From: Corynebacterium glucuronolyticum
GTDB lineage: Bacteria; Actinomycetota; Actinomycetes; Mycobacteriales; Mycobacteriaceae
DNA length: 64,000 nucleotides
NCBI GenBank assembly: GCA_022772305.1
Contig: JALFAQ010000006.1
Coordinates: forward strand, 5,478 to 69,477
Direction: 5' to 3'
The translations under genes and the position numbers were made by a program. How positions within the stretch are numbered: the first letter of the stretch is position 1; each line of letters opens with the position of its first letter. Of the stretch, positions 19,104 through 33,843 are shown in pieces. The notes beneath the pieces are model-generated. The model was not told where the DNA came from, made no database searches, and worked only from the letters and a program-made list of their open reading frames with translations.

Positions 19104-20762
19104 CTAGATCTGGCTGCGACGCTGCCGTACCCCGAGAAGCACGAGGCCACTCATGATGAGCAGCGATGCGAGCCCGATCGGCAGCCCGATCGGTGCACCT
19201 GTATCCGCCAGCTTCTTCTTCGACGAGTTTGCCGCCTTTGTGGAGGACTTCTTCCCCACGGAGATCCGTGGCTTGTTCTGCTGCGCCTGGCGTGTCGACG
19301 ACTTCGACTTCGTCGACACCTTCGGCTTACCTATGGAGGCAGACTTGGTCGTCGGCGCGTTCTTCGAGTTCGAGCGCTGCTGCACCTCCGCCAGCGTCAG
19401 CGATTCACCGTTCGGCTGTTTCACCGTCACCTTCGGCTTCTTCTGCTGCGGACGCTGGTTCTTCGCATTCGAATTCGAGTTCGATGGCGAAACCGGCGTC
19501 ATCACCTTATCGAAAGCCCCTCCGAGCATGCCAGCTCCCAGGCCACCGACGGTGAGCACACCGATGACGGTGCCAATGACGGCATCCGTGTCGGGCGCAC
19601 CAGACGAAGAGCTGGAGTCACCATCGGCCTTGGGAGGATCTGGATGCGTAATGCCCGGCTTGAGAGACGGATTACTAGGCGGATTATTGGTACCATTGCC
19701 TGAGATTGATGCTGAACCAGAGATTCCATCCGGATTAAGATTAGGATTCGCAGGCTGGGCATCCTCCGAGGGCGTGCTGCTCGTGGGCTCCTCGGTGCTG
19801 GGCTCCGCCTGCGTTGTAGTCGTCGACTCCGAGGTTTCAGCGGATGTCGCCTCGGTGGACTCTTCGCTGGTACTTTCCTCAGCAGCAGTGGATGCCGACT
19901 CCTCCCTAGAAGAGGGCCCGCTGGTTGCACTCATCGTGGGATCCGCCGTCGCTAATTCCGATGTCGCCGTCGTGGCCAGCTCTGCACTTGCCGAGGACGT
20001 TTCCGAAGAAGAGGAGGGAGTCTCAGATGCAGAGGCCGGGAGAGCATCGCTGACAGCCCGTGCACCGGCACCGATAGCTTCGTTAAGCTCCATGAGTGCC
20101 TTCACCGGATCTGCTGAAGAAGTCGGCTGAGCCTCCGGGCGAGCCTTCAAAATGCCGATCATAGCCTTCTGCTCGCCGGCACCCATCTCGAGGGTGAGGG
20201 TGGTCGAGTTTTCCTTGTTCTCGGTGCGGACCAGGGGGACGATGGAGGAATCAGGGCGGGTGATCGTCGAAAAGCTAGGAGAGTTGAGACGATCGGGGGT
20301 GACCTCCGGGGCAGACGATGACCACGGCTCAGCTGAGGTAATGACCTTCGAGTTCTGACCGTTGAGATCGGCGAGAACGAGGGTGAGAGGCTCAGGGGCA
20401 TCGCCCTTGGTGAGAGTGACGGTGAGCTCCTGCTTCGCAGCCTTATCAGTGCTAACCAGAGTGGACGCACCCTCAACCTCGAAAGCAGCGGGCTTCTTAT
20501 CCGCCATCAACGTGGACTTCTCAGCTCCCACCTTCACCTTCACGGTGTAGCCATCGAGACCGGGAACCTCCTTCTCAGCGCCAGGAATGAGATAACCCTC
20601 CGGGTTGGTCACGCCGGCGAGATCCAGCCAAAAGACATCCTCGACGTGCTTATCCGTGCCCTGCTTAGCGTACGCAGCCAGCGCCGGGGCGGGAACCACA
20701 ACCGCCCCCGTCACCGACAGCGCAGCCACCGTCAACGCTGCTAAAGCCTTCTTGTGCGCCAT
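19104..20762 (-). CDS. LAxTG-anchored cell-surface protein with Ser/Thr/Glu-rich and Lys-rich low-complexity regions
   Basis: Signal peptide MAHKKALAALTVAALSVTGAVVVPAPALA; C-terminal sorting signal LADTG + hydrophobic stretch + RQRR; start ATG 20762 has AGGAG 8 nt upstream. The track ORF to 20951 is an over-extension into the lacI-family gene. Confidence 0.75.
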   Translation of the reverse strand: MAHKKALAALTVAALSVTGAVVVPAPALAAYAKQGTDKHVEDVFWLDLAGVTNPEGYLIPGAEKEVPGLDGYTVKVKVGAEKSTLMADKKPAAFEVEGASTLVSTDKAAKQELTVTLTKGDAPEPLTLVLADLNGQNSKVITSAEPWSSSAPEVTPDRLNSPSFSTITRPDSSIVPLVRTENKENSTTLTLEMGAGEQKAMIGILKARPEAQPTSSADPVKALMELNEAIGAGARAVSDALPASASETPSSSSETSSASAELATTATSELATADPTMSATSGPSSREESASTAAEESTSEESTEATSAETSESTTTTQAEPSTEEPTSSTPSEDAQPANPNLNPDGISGSASISGNGTNNPPSNPSLKPGITHPDPPKADGDSSSSSGAPDTDAVIGTVIGVLTVGGLGAGMLGGAFDKVMTPVSPSNSNSNAKNQRPQQKKPKVTVKQPNGESLTLAEVQQRSNSKNAPTTKSASIGKPKVSTKSKSSTRQAQQNKPRISVGKKSSTKAANSSKKKLADTGAPIGLPIGLASLLIMSGLVLLGVRQRRSQI

Positions 20763-20770
20763 ACCTAGCT

Positions 20771-20802
20771 CTCCTGCTCTCCTGCTCTCCTGCTCTCCTG
20801 CC
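20771..20802. repeat. tandem octamer repeat, 4 units (CTCCTGCT x3 + CTCCTGCC; AGCAGGAG on the coding strand)
   Basis: Read directly; lies 9-40 nt upstream of the surface-protein start codon. Every unit carries an AGGAG Shine-Dalgarno-like core. Confidence 0.9.
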
Positions 20803-20890
20803 TCAAAAAATCCGCAGTCTCTTCCACTAAATAGATTAGGGGATAAAGAAACGAGAGTAAACAGGAGGGGGTTTGACCTAAAGTAGGGGT

Positions 20891-21934
20891 ATGGACGTAA
20901 CGATCTACGACGTAGCAGAACGCGCGGGGGTTGCCGCATCCACTGTGTCACGGGCTTTTTCCAGGCCAGACCGCGTGAGCTTCAAAACCGCGGAGAAGAT
21001 TCGGCGGGCCGCCGTAGAACTTGGCTACCACCAGGACCTCGAGGTTCGCGCAGGCACACGTCGGAAAACCGGTATCCTCGGGCTCGTCGTAGCGGACATC
21101 GCCAACCCCTTCTTTTTAGAGTTGGCCCGTGGCGCGCAGCACGCCGCCGCCACCCACAAGATGCTCGTCGCCACCGTGAATACGAACGAATCGACGGTTC
21201 GCGGTCACACCGCCGTGGACAAGCTCGCCCCCTTTGTCGACGGGCTCCTCCTCGCCTCCACCCGCGTCGCCCCAGCGGACATCCAAAAGATCGCGCGTGG
21301 CATTCCCACCGTCGTCTGCAACCGCCCCGTCCAAGGCGTGCCGAGTGTGCTTGTCGACAACCACGACGGCGCCCTCAAAGCCATGCTCCACCTGCAAGCA
21401 CACGGCTGCACCACTGTCACCTATCTCGCCGGGCCCGAAGGTGCCTGGGCCGACGGCATGCGCTGGCGCGGAATCATCGACGCCGTCAACGCCCCCGACC
21501 GCGACTACGGGCGTGGCCTCCACCCCACCGAGGAGCAAACCGCCGAACTGGCGCGCATCCAGGTTCGACAGCTGCGCATGGACCAGCCCACCATCACCGG
21601 TGGCCGGCGCGCGTTTGAGATCTGGAAGGAAAACCCCTCCGACGCCGTCATCTGCTACAACGACCTCGCCGCCATCGGCTTCATTAAAGGCGCGCAGGCA
21701 CACGGCATGCACGTCCCCGATGATGTCAAGGTCATCGGCTTCGACAACACGGAAATGACCGTAGTCAACTCCCCCACGCTCACCACGGTTGCCGGCCCGC
21801 TGCGCACCGTCGGCCGCGTTGCTGCCGCCAACCTCATTGCGCTTATCGAGGGCATGAACGTCCCGCTTTCCAAACCCCGCCGACTGCCCACCCGGCTCAT
21901 TGTCCGAGAATCCACCGGGCCGGTCATGCCCTAA
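20891..21934 (+). CDS. LacI-family transcriptional regulator
   Basis: N-terminal HTH (TIYDVAERAGVAASTVSRAF) and periplasmic-binding-like C-terminal domain. Confidence 0.85.
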   Translation: MDVTIYDVAERAGVAASTVSRAFSRPDRVSFKTAEKIRRAAVELGYHQDLEVRAGTRRKTGILGLVVADIANPFFLELARGAQHAAATHKMLVATVNTNESTVRGHTAVDKLAPFVDGLLLASTRVAPADIQKIARGIPTVVCNRPVQGVPSVLVDNHDGALKAMLHLQAHGCTTVTYLAGPEGAWADGMRWRGIIDAVNAPDRDYGRGLHPTEEQTAELARIQVRQLRMDQPTITGGRRAFEIWKENPSDAVICYNDLAAIGFIKGAQAHGMHVPDDVKVIGFDNTEMTVVNSPTLTTVAGPLRTVGRVAAANLIALIEGMNVPLSKPRRLPTRLIVRESTGPVMP

Positions 21935-22444
21935 GACGCGTTCCGTGGTTTCGCAAGCGGTCTGCGGGGAAAGAATGGTTTCTGTTTCTTTCCAGGATTT
22001 CTCGCAATTTGTCCATCCAGTTCGGGTCGCTGAAACCTTACTGTCCAGGCGGGACACGTGAATACCCACCGTTCCCAGCGCGTACTGCCGATTCATATTG
22101 TCCCGCATCGCCTGTAGCGGATCCTTCTCAAATTGACCTCTATATTTCCCCTCCCCGCCATACTCCAGCGCCACCGACTGCTCGCGGAACAGCAAGTTCA
22201 GACGCACACACCTATCCAACACGTGCGGCTGCACCAGGGGCACCGGGAAATTGTTTGTGTACAGCTCCAGCCGGACGAGGCTTTTCCTTACCAACTCCGC
22301 CCGATACCGCGCATTATCCATCGCTACGACTGCATCGCGTACACAGTGCCAGCAAGCGATATCAAGCAACGCCGTGGCAAGATTGCACCTGACACACGGG
22401 GGTTCCTTGCAATGGACAATTTGCCACAGCCCCTCCCGCCCCAA
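21935..22444 (-). pseudogene. remnant of a DUF559 / AbiEi-associated endonuclease-like gene
   Basis: Central and C-terminal similarity only (TALLDIA..., VALEYGGEGKY...LGTVGIHVSR). The N-terminus is missing and no stop occurs until the frame runs antisense through the lacI-family gene. Locally AT-richer. Confidence 0.35.
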
Positions 22445-22566
22445 TTTGTGCAGACTGTCCTCCCAAATAGTGGTCTATTAAAAAGATGGCGGGGAAAATG
22501 CTCCGGAACCGAAACGGCCTAGTTAGCCTCATTTCAGAGCTAACTAGGCCGGTTGAGGTCCGCAGG

Positions 22567-23901
22567 TTACACGAAGACGGAGATCCCCATGACGACCACG
22601 AGGCCGACGATGGAGTTGCACAGCTGGAGGAGTCCCCAGGTCTTGAGGGTGTCCTTGACAGAGAGGTCGAAGTAGCCCTTGAAGAGCCAGAAGGACGCGT
22701 CGTTGACGTGGGTGAGGGTGTTGGAACCGGCGGCTGTCGCAATGACGAGGAGGGCGGGGTTCACGGCAGTGATGGTGCCCGTCACCGGATCCATGAGTGC
22801 GGCGGAGATGATGCCTGCTGCCGTCATCGCGGAAACCACGCCCTGGCCGGTGGCTAGACGGATGAGCACGGTGATTACCCAGGCCATGATGTACGGAGAG
22901 ATGCTCGTCGCAGTCATGAGGGAACCGATGTAATCGCCGACGCCGGAATCGATGATCACCTGTTTGAGTGCGCCACCTGCGCCGATAATGAGCACGACCA
23001 TGGCGATGCCCTTGACGGCAGATTCGAAGACATCCATCGTCCATTCCATGGAGCGCCCCTGCTTGATGCCAAAGAAGTAGATAGCGGCGATGAGGGCGAT
23101 GGCCATGGCGGGGATGGAGGAGCCGATGAAGCTCACCCACTCGTAGGCTGTCGAATCCTCGCTGATGAAGGCCTTAATGATCGTGGCGGAGATCATCACG
23201 ATGGCGGGGATGAGGGGGACGAAGAGGGAGAGGGCGAAGCTGGGGCGCTGGTCGGCGGGGATCTCCTCGTCGGGACGCATGAGCGCAGGGACGGGGCGGT
23301 CGAGGTCACCGAGGAAGCGCGGGAGGACCCAGCCGGTGATGATAACGGTGGGGATGGCGACGAGGAGGGCGTAGATGTAGACCATGCCGGTGTCGGCACC
23401 GTAGGCGTCGACAAGGGCAACGGGGCCGGGCTGCGGCGGGAACAGGGAGTGTGCCGTGGTGGTGGCGGCCACTGCGGGGATGGCGATTTTGAGGAACGGA
23501 ACCTTTGCCTCCACCGCGACGGCGATGATGAGTGGCGCCAGGATAATAAAGGCCACCTCGTAGAACATCGCGAGACCGAAGACGAGGCCGACGATGACCA
23601 TCGCGACCTTGACCTTGCCCACGCCGAATTTTTCGATGAGCGTATCGGCCAAGCGCGTCGCAGCACCCGAGTCCACCATGAGCTTTCCGATGACCGCGCC
23701 GAACACAACGATGATGGCCAGCGAGCCGAGGGTGGAACCGAATCCGGTCTGGATGGTCTGCAGCAGCTCCCCCGGGCCCATCCGTTCCAAGAAGCCGATC
23801 GTCAACGCGGCGATAAGGAGCGACACCATGGCGTTGACCTTGAATTTCATGTTGAGCACCAGCATGAGCGCGATGCCAACGACTACCCAAATAATGTCCA
23901 T
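22567..23901 (-). CDS. GntP-family permease (gluconate/hexuronate:H+ symporter)
   Basis: 444 aa, about 12 TM, typical GntP N-terminus ([31 protein letters not shown]). Confidence 0.8.
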   Translation of the reverse strand: MDIIWVVVGIALMLVLNMKFKVNAMVSLLIAALTIGFLERMGPGELLQTIQTGFGSTLGSLAIIVVFGAVIGKLMVDSGAATRLADTLIEKFGVGKVKVAMVIVGLVFGLAMFYEVAFIILAPLIIAVAVEAKVPFLKIAIPAVAATTTAHSLFPPQPGPVALVDAYGADTGMVYIYALLVAIPTVIITGWVLPRFLGDLDRPVPALMRPDEEIPADQRPSFALSLFVPLIPAIVMISATIIKAFISEDSTAYEWVSFIGSSIPAMAIALIAAIYFFGIKQGRSMEWTMDVFESAVKGIAMVVLIIGAGGALKQVIIDSGVGDYIGSLMTATSISPYIMAWVITVLIRLATGQGVVSAMTAAGIISAALMDPVTGTITAVNPALLVIATAAGSNTLTHVNDASFWLFKGYFDLSVKDTLKTWGLLQLCNSIVGLVVVMGISVFV

Positions 23902-24046
23902 GTCCGGGAGTGTAAGGACGTTTTTGAGTTTTAAGAAATGACTAAGGGCGCGTTTTCCCAGGTTGCGCCGAAAAAGTCACATGGGTCACACTGCAACTGT
24001 TGGCAACAACCGCGTTTTCAGATCTCACGCCAGATAGGTTGAAGGC

Positions 24047-25452
24047 ATGAACACGCATCCCGCATATAATCCTGATCGCCTGTTCCCCGCAGATCCGGGA
24101 ACGCGCGACATCGCCCGCCGCCTCTACGCGTACGTGGAGGATATGCCCATCGTGAGCCCGCACGGCCACCTGGACCCGCAGATGTTTGTGGATAACACGG
24201 CGTTTCCGAACCCGACGAAGCTGCTCATCAGCCCCGACCACTACCTTACCCGCGTGCTGCACTCCGCCGGCATCGACATGGAGGAGCTACAGGTCGGCGG
24301 CCACGAGGGCAAGGGCCCGCGCCACGCCTGGCACCTCTTCTGCGCGAACTGGGACCTGTACGCCGGCACGGCCACCGGGTACTGGGTTGAGCAGGAGTTC
24401 GCCCACGTCTTCGGTATCGATCCGTCCCGCATCTGCTCGGAACAGGCTGATTCGCTTTACGACGATCTCAGCGAGGTTTTGTCCCAGCCTGACTTCCGCC
24501 CCCGCGAGCTCGCAGACAAGTTCAAGCTCGACGTGCTCGCCACGACGGACGACCCGCTCGATGACCTGGAGGCACATGCCACGCTGCGCGCCGATGCTTC
24601 CTTCACCCCGCGCGTGCTCCCCACGTTCCGGCCGGACGCGTACACGAAGATATACAACCCAGGCTTTAAGGAGAACGTCGAAAAGCTTATTGAAACCGCA
24701 GGCGACGGCAAGACGGGCTACGAGGGCTACCTCCAGGCCATGCGCAACCGCCGGCAGTACTTCATCGAGCACGGCGCTGTCAGCACCGATCACGGCATCC
24801 ACAACTGCCAAACCCAGCCGCTCACCGCAGCTGAGGCCCAGGAACTGCTGGATAAGGGGATGCGCGGCGAGGCCACCTTTGAGGAAGCACTCGCCTTCGA
24901 GGGGAACATGACCTACCGCTTCGCGGAGATGAGCCAGGACGACGGCCTCGTCATGACGATTCACCCCGGCGTGTACCGCAACAGCTCGCCTTCGGCGCTC
25001 AAGAAGTTCGGCCCCGACACCGGCCACGACGTGCCGTTCGCGCTCGATTACATCAACGGCCTGCAGCCGCTGCTCGCCGACTTCGGCGAAAACCCGGACT
25101 TCCACTTCGTCATGTTCACCATGGATGAGACGGCCTTCTCCCGCGAAATCGCGCCGATCGCCGGCTACTACCCCGCCGCCTACGTCGGCGCACCGTGGTG
25201 GTTCATCGACGAGATCGACGCCATGAAACGCTTCCGTGCCGCCACAACCGGCACGACAGGATTCTCCCGCTATTCGGGATTCATTGATGATACCCGCGCC
25301 TACTGCTCCATCCCCGCACGTCACGACACCTCGCGACGCGTGGAGGCAGGCTACCTCGCACGCCTTGTGGCCGAGCACCGCCTGACGGAGGACCGCGCCG
25401 CGGACATCATCGTAGACCTTATTGACAATTCACCCAGGAGGGTATTCAAGCT

Positions 25453-25456
<4 letters not shown>
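24047..25456 (+). CDS. uxaC: glucuronate isomerase
   Basis: 469 aa UxaC-like (IVSPHGHLDP, FHFVMFTMDE, PWWF). Confidence 0.85.
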
Positions 25457-30366
<4,910 letters not shown>

Positions 30367-30379
30367 CGGCTAGTACGAA

Positions 30380-30619
30380 TTACAAGGGCACCTTCGGGTG
30401 CCCTTTCTGCTTCTTCTGCCACCGCCGCCGACCGAAAACGAAGATCGGCAGGATCAACACATAATAAAAACCCACATACCCCACCACGCCACCAGGTGCC
30501 TGGCACATGTAAAAGGTAGCGATTGTCAGCACGGGCAGGAGGATAAAGGAGAACCACCACGGTGGTACCCATGGCCCACCGTCTTTGTCCCTCCTGTACA
30601 GCGCACCGCCGAAACCCAT
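30380..30619 (-). CDS. small hypothetical membrane protein (2 TM)
   Basis: Two hydrophobic helices (WWFSFILLPVLTIATFYM, VGYVGFYYVLILPIFVF) and basic tail; the 3' end coincides with the terminator hairpin, so uncertain. Confidence 0.3.
   Translation of the reverse strand: MGFGGALYRRDKDGGPWVPPWWFSFILLPVLTIATFYMCQAPGGVVGYVGFYYVLILPIFVFGRRRWQKKQKGHPKVPL
30384..30412 (+). terminator. rho-independent terminator after the transporter gene
   Basis: AAGGGCACC ttcg GGTGCCCTT followed by a T-rich tract. Confidence 0.6.
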
Positions 30620-30675
30620 CGCCTCCTTCCTTTCGCTTTGAGCCCAGGCTACAGTTTTCACCTACACTTGAGCAC

Positions 30676-31125
30676 ATGACGAAACGTCTTGAACAGGGCG
30701 ATACCGCCCCCACTTTTACCCTGACCGACGCAACCGGAAAAGACGTGAGCCTGCCGGAGAAGGGCAGGCTCATCGTGTACTTCTACCCGCGCGCCAACAC
30801 CCCTGGCTGCACGACGGAGGCCTGCGATTTCCGCGACAACATCGAGTCCTTGGGGCTGCCGGTTTACGGCATCTCCCCCGATAAGCCGGAGAAGCTGGAA
30901 AAGTTCATCGATGACCACGGCCTGAACTTCACGCTGCTGTCCGATCCGGACCACGACGTCGCCACCGCGTACGGTGCCTACGGCGAAAAGAACAACTACG
31001 GCAAGAAGACGATGGGCATCATCCGCTCCACGTTTTACGTCGTTGACGGCGTGATCGAGCACGCTTGGTACAACGTGCGGGCGAAGGGTCACGTGGACCG
31101 CATCCGCCGCGACCTCGACCTATGA
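30676..31125 (+). CDS. bcp: thioredoxin-dependent peroxiredoxin Bcp/PrxQ
   Basis: FYPRANTPGCTTEAC peroxidatic Cys motif; start ATG 30676. Confidence 0.85.
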   Translation: MTKRLEQGDTAPTFTLTDATGKDVSLPEKGRLIVYFYPRANTPGCTTEACDFRDNIESLGLPVYGISPDKPEKLEKFIDDHGLNFTLLSDPDHDVATAYGAYGEKNNYGKKTMGIIRSTFYVVDGVIEHAWYNVRAKGHVDRIRRDLDL

Positions 31126-31178
31126 CAACTTCTGGCAACAAGTAGCTTGGTGGGTGCGTTCCGGGCGAAACTAGAGAC

Positions 31179-32408
31179 ATGAAGATCACGAAAGCCGACG
31201 TGTACGTATTCTCCACGTCCCGGAATTTTGTCACCCTCCGCCTCGAAACCGAGGACGGCGTCGTCGGGGTAGGCGACGCCACCCTCAACGGCCGTGAGCT
31301 CGCTGTCGCACACTACCTCAAGGATCACGTGTGCCAGCTACTCGTCGGCCGCGATGCCCAGAACATCGAAGACACCTGGCAGTTCCTCTACCGCTCCTGC
31401 TACTGGCGCCGTGGCCCGGTCACGATGGCCGCCATTGCCGCCGTGGATATGGCCCTGTGGGATATCAAGGGCAAGGTCGCCAACATGCCCGTCTACCAGC
31501 TGCTCGGCGGTGCCTGCCGCAAGGGCGCTCGCGCCTACGGCCATGCCTCCGGCACCGATCTGGAGAGCCTGTTCGACTCCATCCGCTACGAGATGGATCT
31601 CGGCTACACCATGATCCGCGTGCAGACCTCCGTGCCTGGCATCAACAAGCTGTACGGTGTCGCCGCCCAGGATCAGGCCTCCGGCATGCGCTACGACTTC
31701 GAGCCCGCCAACCGCGGCGACTGGCCCGTCGAGGAGGACTGGGATTCCGCAGCCTACATGCGCCACGTTCCCACCGTCTTCGAGGCCGTGCGCAACGAGT
31801 TCGGCCCGGAGCTGCCCCTCCTGCACGATGGCCACAACCGCCTCACCCCGCGCGAGGCCGCACAGTTTGCCAAGTCCCTCGAGCCGTACAACCTGTTCTG
31901 GCTGGAGGATGTCACCCTCGGCGAGAACCAGGAGAACCTCCGCTACGTGCGCCAGCAGTCCACCACCCCGCTGGCCATCGGCGAGGTGTTCAACTCGGTG
32001 TACGACATCAAGGACCTCATCGACAACCAGCTCATCGACTACGTCCGCTGCGCTACCACGCACTTCGGTGGCATCACCCCGCTGAAGAAGGTCATGGCAC
32101 AGGCCGAGCCGTACCAGATCAAGTCCGGCTTCCACGGCCCGACGGACGTGTCCCCCATCGGCTTCGCCGCCGAGCTGCACCTGGACATCAACATCCACAA
32201 CTACGGTGCACAGGAGTACATGACGCACTCCAAGGAGACCCTCGAAGTCTTCGAGACATCCATGACCTTCGAAAACGGCTTCCTGCACCCGGGTGACAAG
32301 CCCGGCCTCGGCGTGGAGTTCCACCCGGAGATCGCCGAGAAGTTCCCCTACGAGCAGGCATACCTTCCGTACAACAGGCTTGCCGACGGGACGGTGCACA
32401 ACTGGTAA
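31179..32408 (+). CDS. manD: enolase-superfamily D-mannonate dehydratase (ManD subgroup)
   Basis: N-terminus MKITKADVYV...FVTLRLETEDGVVGVGDATLNGRELAV and AAVDMALWDIKGK match ManD-type proteins. Confidence 0.75.
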   Translation: MKITKADVYVFSTSRNFVTLRLETEDGVVGVGDATLNGRELAVAHYLKDHVCQLLVGRDAQNIEDTWQFLYRSCYWRRGPVTMAAIAAVDMALWDIKGKVANMPVYQLLGGACRKGARAYGHASGTDLESLFDSIRYEMDLGYTMIRVQTSVPGINKLYGVAAQDQASGMRYDFEPANRGDWPVEEDWDSAAYMRHVPTVFEAVRNEFGPELPLLHDGHNRLTPREAAQFAKSLEPYNLFWLEDVTLGENQENLRYVRQQSTTPLAIGEVFNSVYDIKDLIDNQLIDYVRCATTHFGGITPLKKVMAQAEPYQIKSGFHGPTDVSPIGFAAELHLDINIHNYGAQEYMTHSKETLEVFETSMTFENGFLHPGDKPGLGVEFHPEIAEKFPYEQAYLPYNRLADGTVHNW

Positions 32409-32887
32409 TGCACATCGTCGTCATGGGTGTGAGTGGCTGTGGGAAGTCAACCATCGGCCACGACCTCGCCGCCCGGCTAGGTATTGAGTACAAAGACGGA
32501 GACGAGCTGCACCCGAAGGAAAACATTGACAAGATGTCCTCGGGCATACCGCTCACAGACGAAGATCGGGCCCCCTGGCTCACCCTCGTCGGCGAGTGGC
32601 TGCACGAACGCACAGACGGCGTCATCGCCTGCTCGGCTCTGAAGCGCTCCTACCGAGACATCATCCGCGCGGCGGCCCCGGACACGTTCTTCGTGCATCT
32701 CCACGGAAGCTACGACGTGCACCTCTCACGGGTGACCTGCAGGGAGGGCCACTTCATGCCCTCCTCGCTGCTGGACAGCCAGATGGCCACCCTCGAGATG
32801 CTTGGCGACGACGAGCCTGGAGTGCTCATCGACATCGACCAGCCCGTCGACGACATCGTAGAAGCCGCCTACCAGGCCGTACAGTAG
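32408..32887 (+). CDS. gntK: gluconokinase (P-loop, GntK/IdnK type)
   Basis: VMGVSGCGKSTIG Walker A, GDELHP, CSALKRSYRD; TAATG overlap with manD. Confidence 0.8.
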   Translation: MHIVVMGVSGCGKSTIGHDLAARLGIEYKDGDELHPKENIDKMSSGIPLTDEDRAPWLTLVGEWLHERTDGVIACSALKRSYRDIIRAAAPDTFFVHLHGSYDVHLSRVTCREGHFMPSSLLDSQMATLEMLGDDEPGVLIDIDQPVDDIVEAAYQAVQ

Positions 32888-32898
32888 AGACAAAAGAT

Positions 32899-32923
32899 GC
32901 CCCGCTCACGCAGTGAGCGGGGC
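32899..32923. terminator. hairpin terminator (T-run on the minus strand)
   Basis: GCCCCGCTCA cgcag TGAGCGGGGC; reverse strand is followed by TCTTTTG, downstream of the DUF3618 gene. Confidence 0.55.
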
Positions 32924-32937
32924 GCAAGTCTATCTAC

Positions 32938-33213
32938 TTACTTATCCTCGAGCCAGGCGGTGAGGCGCTTGATTTCCTTGCGCTTCTTCGACGTCCGCGC
33001 GAGCGATGCGATGAGCCCCAGGGCGATGACAGCACCAGCAACGCCGAGGATCGCCTGTACCTGCGGGTCCTTTACGCGAGCGGTGAGCTGAGCCTTCGTA
33101 TCGTCGACAAGCGCCTCCGGCTTCGTGCGAGCCGCAAGCTGATCGAGAGTAGAGGCGAGATGCGCGCGAGTGCGATCGATATCTGCCTGAATGTCATCGA
33201 GGGAACGAGCCAT
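32938..33213 (-). CDS. DUF3618-domain membrane protein (copy A)
   Basis: MARSLDDIQADIDRTRAHLASTLDQL N-terminal helix, one TM, basic tail: typical DUF3618 layout. Confidence 0.65.
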   Translation of the reverse strand: MARSLDDIQADIDRTRAHLASTLDQLAARTKPEALVDDTKAQLTARVKDPQVQAILGVAGAVIALGLIASLARTSKKRKEIKRLTAWLEDK

Positions 33214-33255
33214 GAATAAAATCCTTACATCACATCGGGTTTACGAGGTCTAAGT

Positions 33256-33843
33256 TTACACAGGTTTCTCACCCAACAAGGCAGCCATCTCATCCATCTC
33301 CGCGAGCTGCGTATCCTTCATCTGCTGAGCCAGATCCTTCAACGGCTGATAACCACCGTTTTTCACCAGGTTGCCCAGTTCCTTAATCGCACCCTCGTGG
33401 TGCAGATACATCAGACGCAGGAACAACCGCTCCATCCCCGCACCGGTAGAGGAACGCAGCTCCTCCATCTGCTGCTGGCTAATCATGCCCATGGACAAAT
33501 GATCCGCATGCGAGCGCATGAGCTCTTCCTGATCCCACTCGCTGGCAAGATGATTCATGTAATCGATCTCCGCGGACTGGGTCGTCCGAATTCGCTGCGC
33601 AATATCCTTCGTCTCCGGGCTAATATCCGGATCCGCCAGAACCATATCCGACATGTCCACCGCCTGCTGGTGGTGCGGCACCATGAGAGCAAGGAACAAC
33701 ACGTCCACCATATTGGCCTCACTCGGCATCGAGCCACTACGTGTAAAACCGCCCACCTCGGCGGGATTGCCCTGTCCGGACACCTGAATACAGCCGGTCG
33801 CGCAGCACAATACGACGAGGGCGGTCGCTACAGCGCGTTTCAC
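33256..33843 (-). CDS. DUF305-domain lipoprotein
   Basis: Lipobox CCATGC; duplicated MxPHHxxA(V/I) motifs (MVPHHQQAVDMS, MYLHHEGAIKEL); GTGA overlap with the upstream DUF3618 gene. Confidence 0.7.
   Translation of the reverse strand: MKRAVATALVVLCCATGCIQVSGQGNPAEVGGFTRSGSMPSEANMVDVLFLALMVPHHQQAVDMSDMVLADPDISPETKDIAQRIRTTQSAEIDYMNHLASEWDQEELMRSHADHLSMGMISQQQMEELRSSTGAGMERLFLRLMYLHHEGAIKELGNLVKNGGYQPLKDLAQQMKDTQLAEMDEMAALLGEKPV

Noticed and set aside
21116-22444. 442-aa ORF running antisense across the LacI-family gene
   Set aside because: Only its first 170 codons or so (21935-22444) have any family resemblance. The rest is a shadow ORF opposite a clearly real gene in GC-rich DNA. Kept only as a pseudogene remnant.
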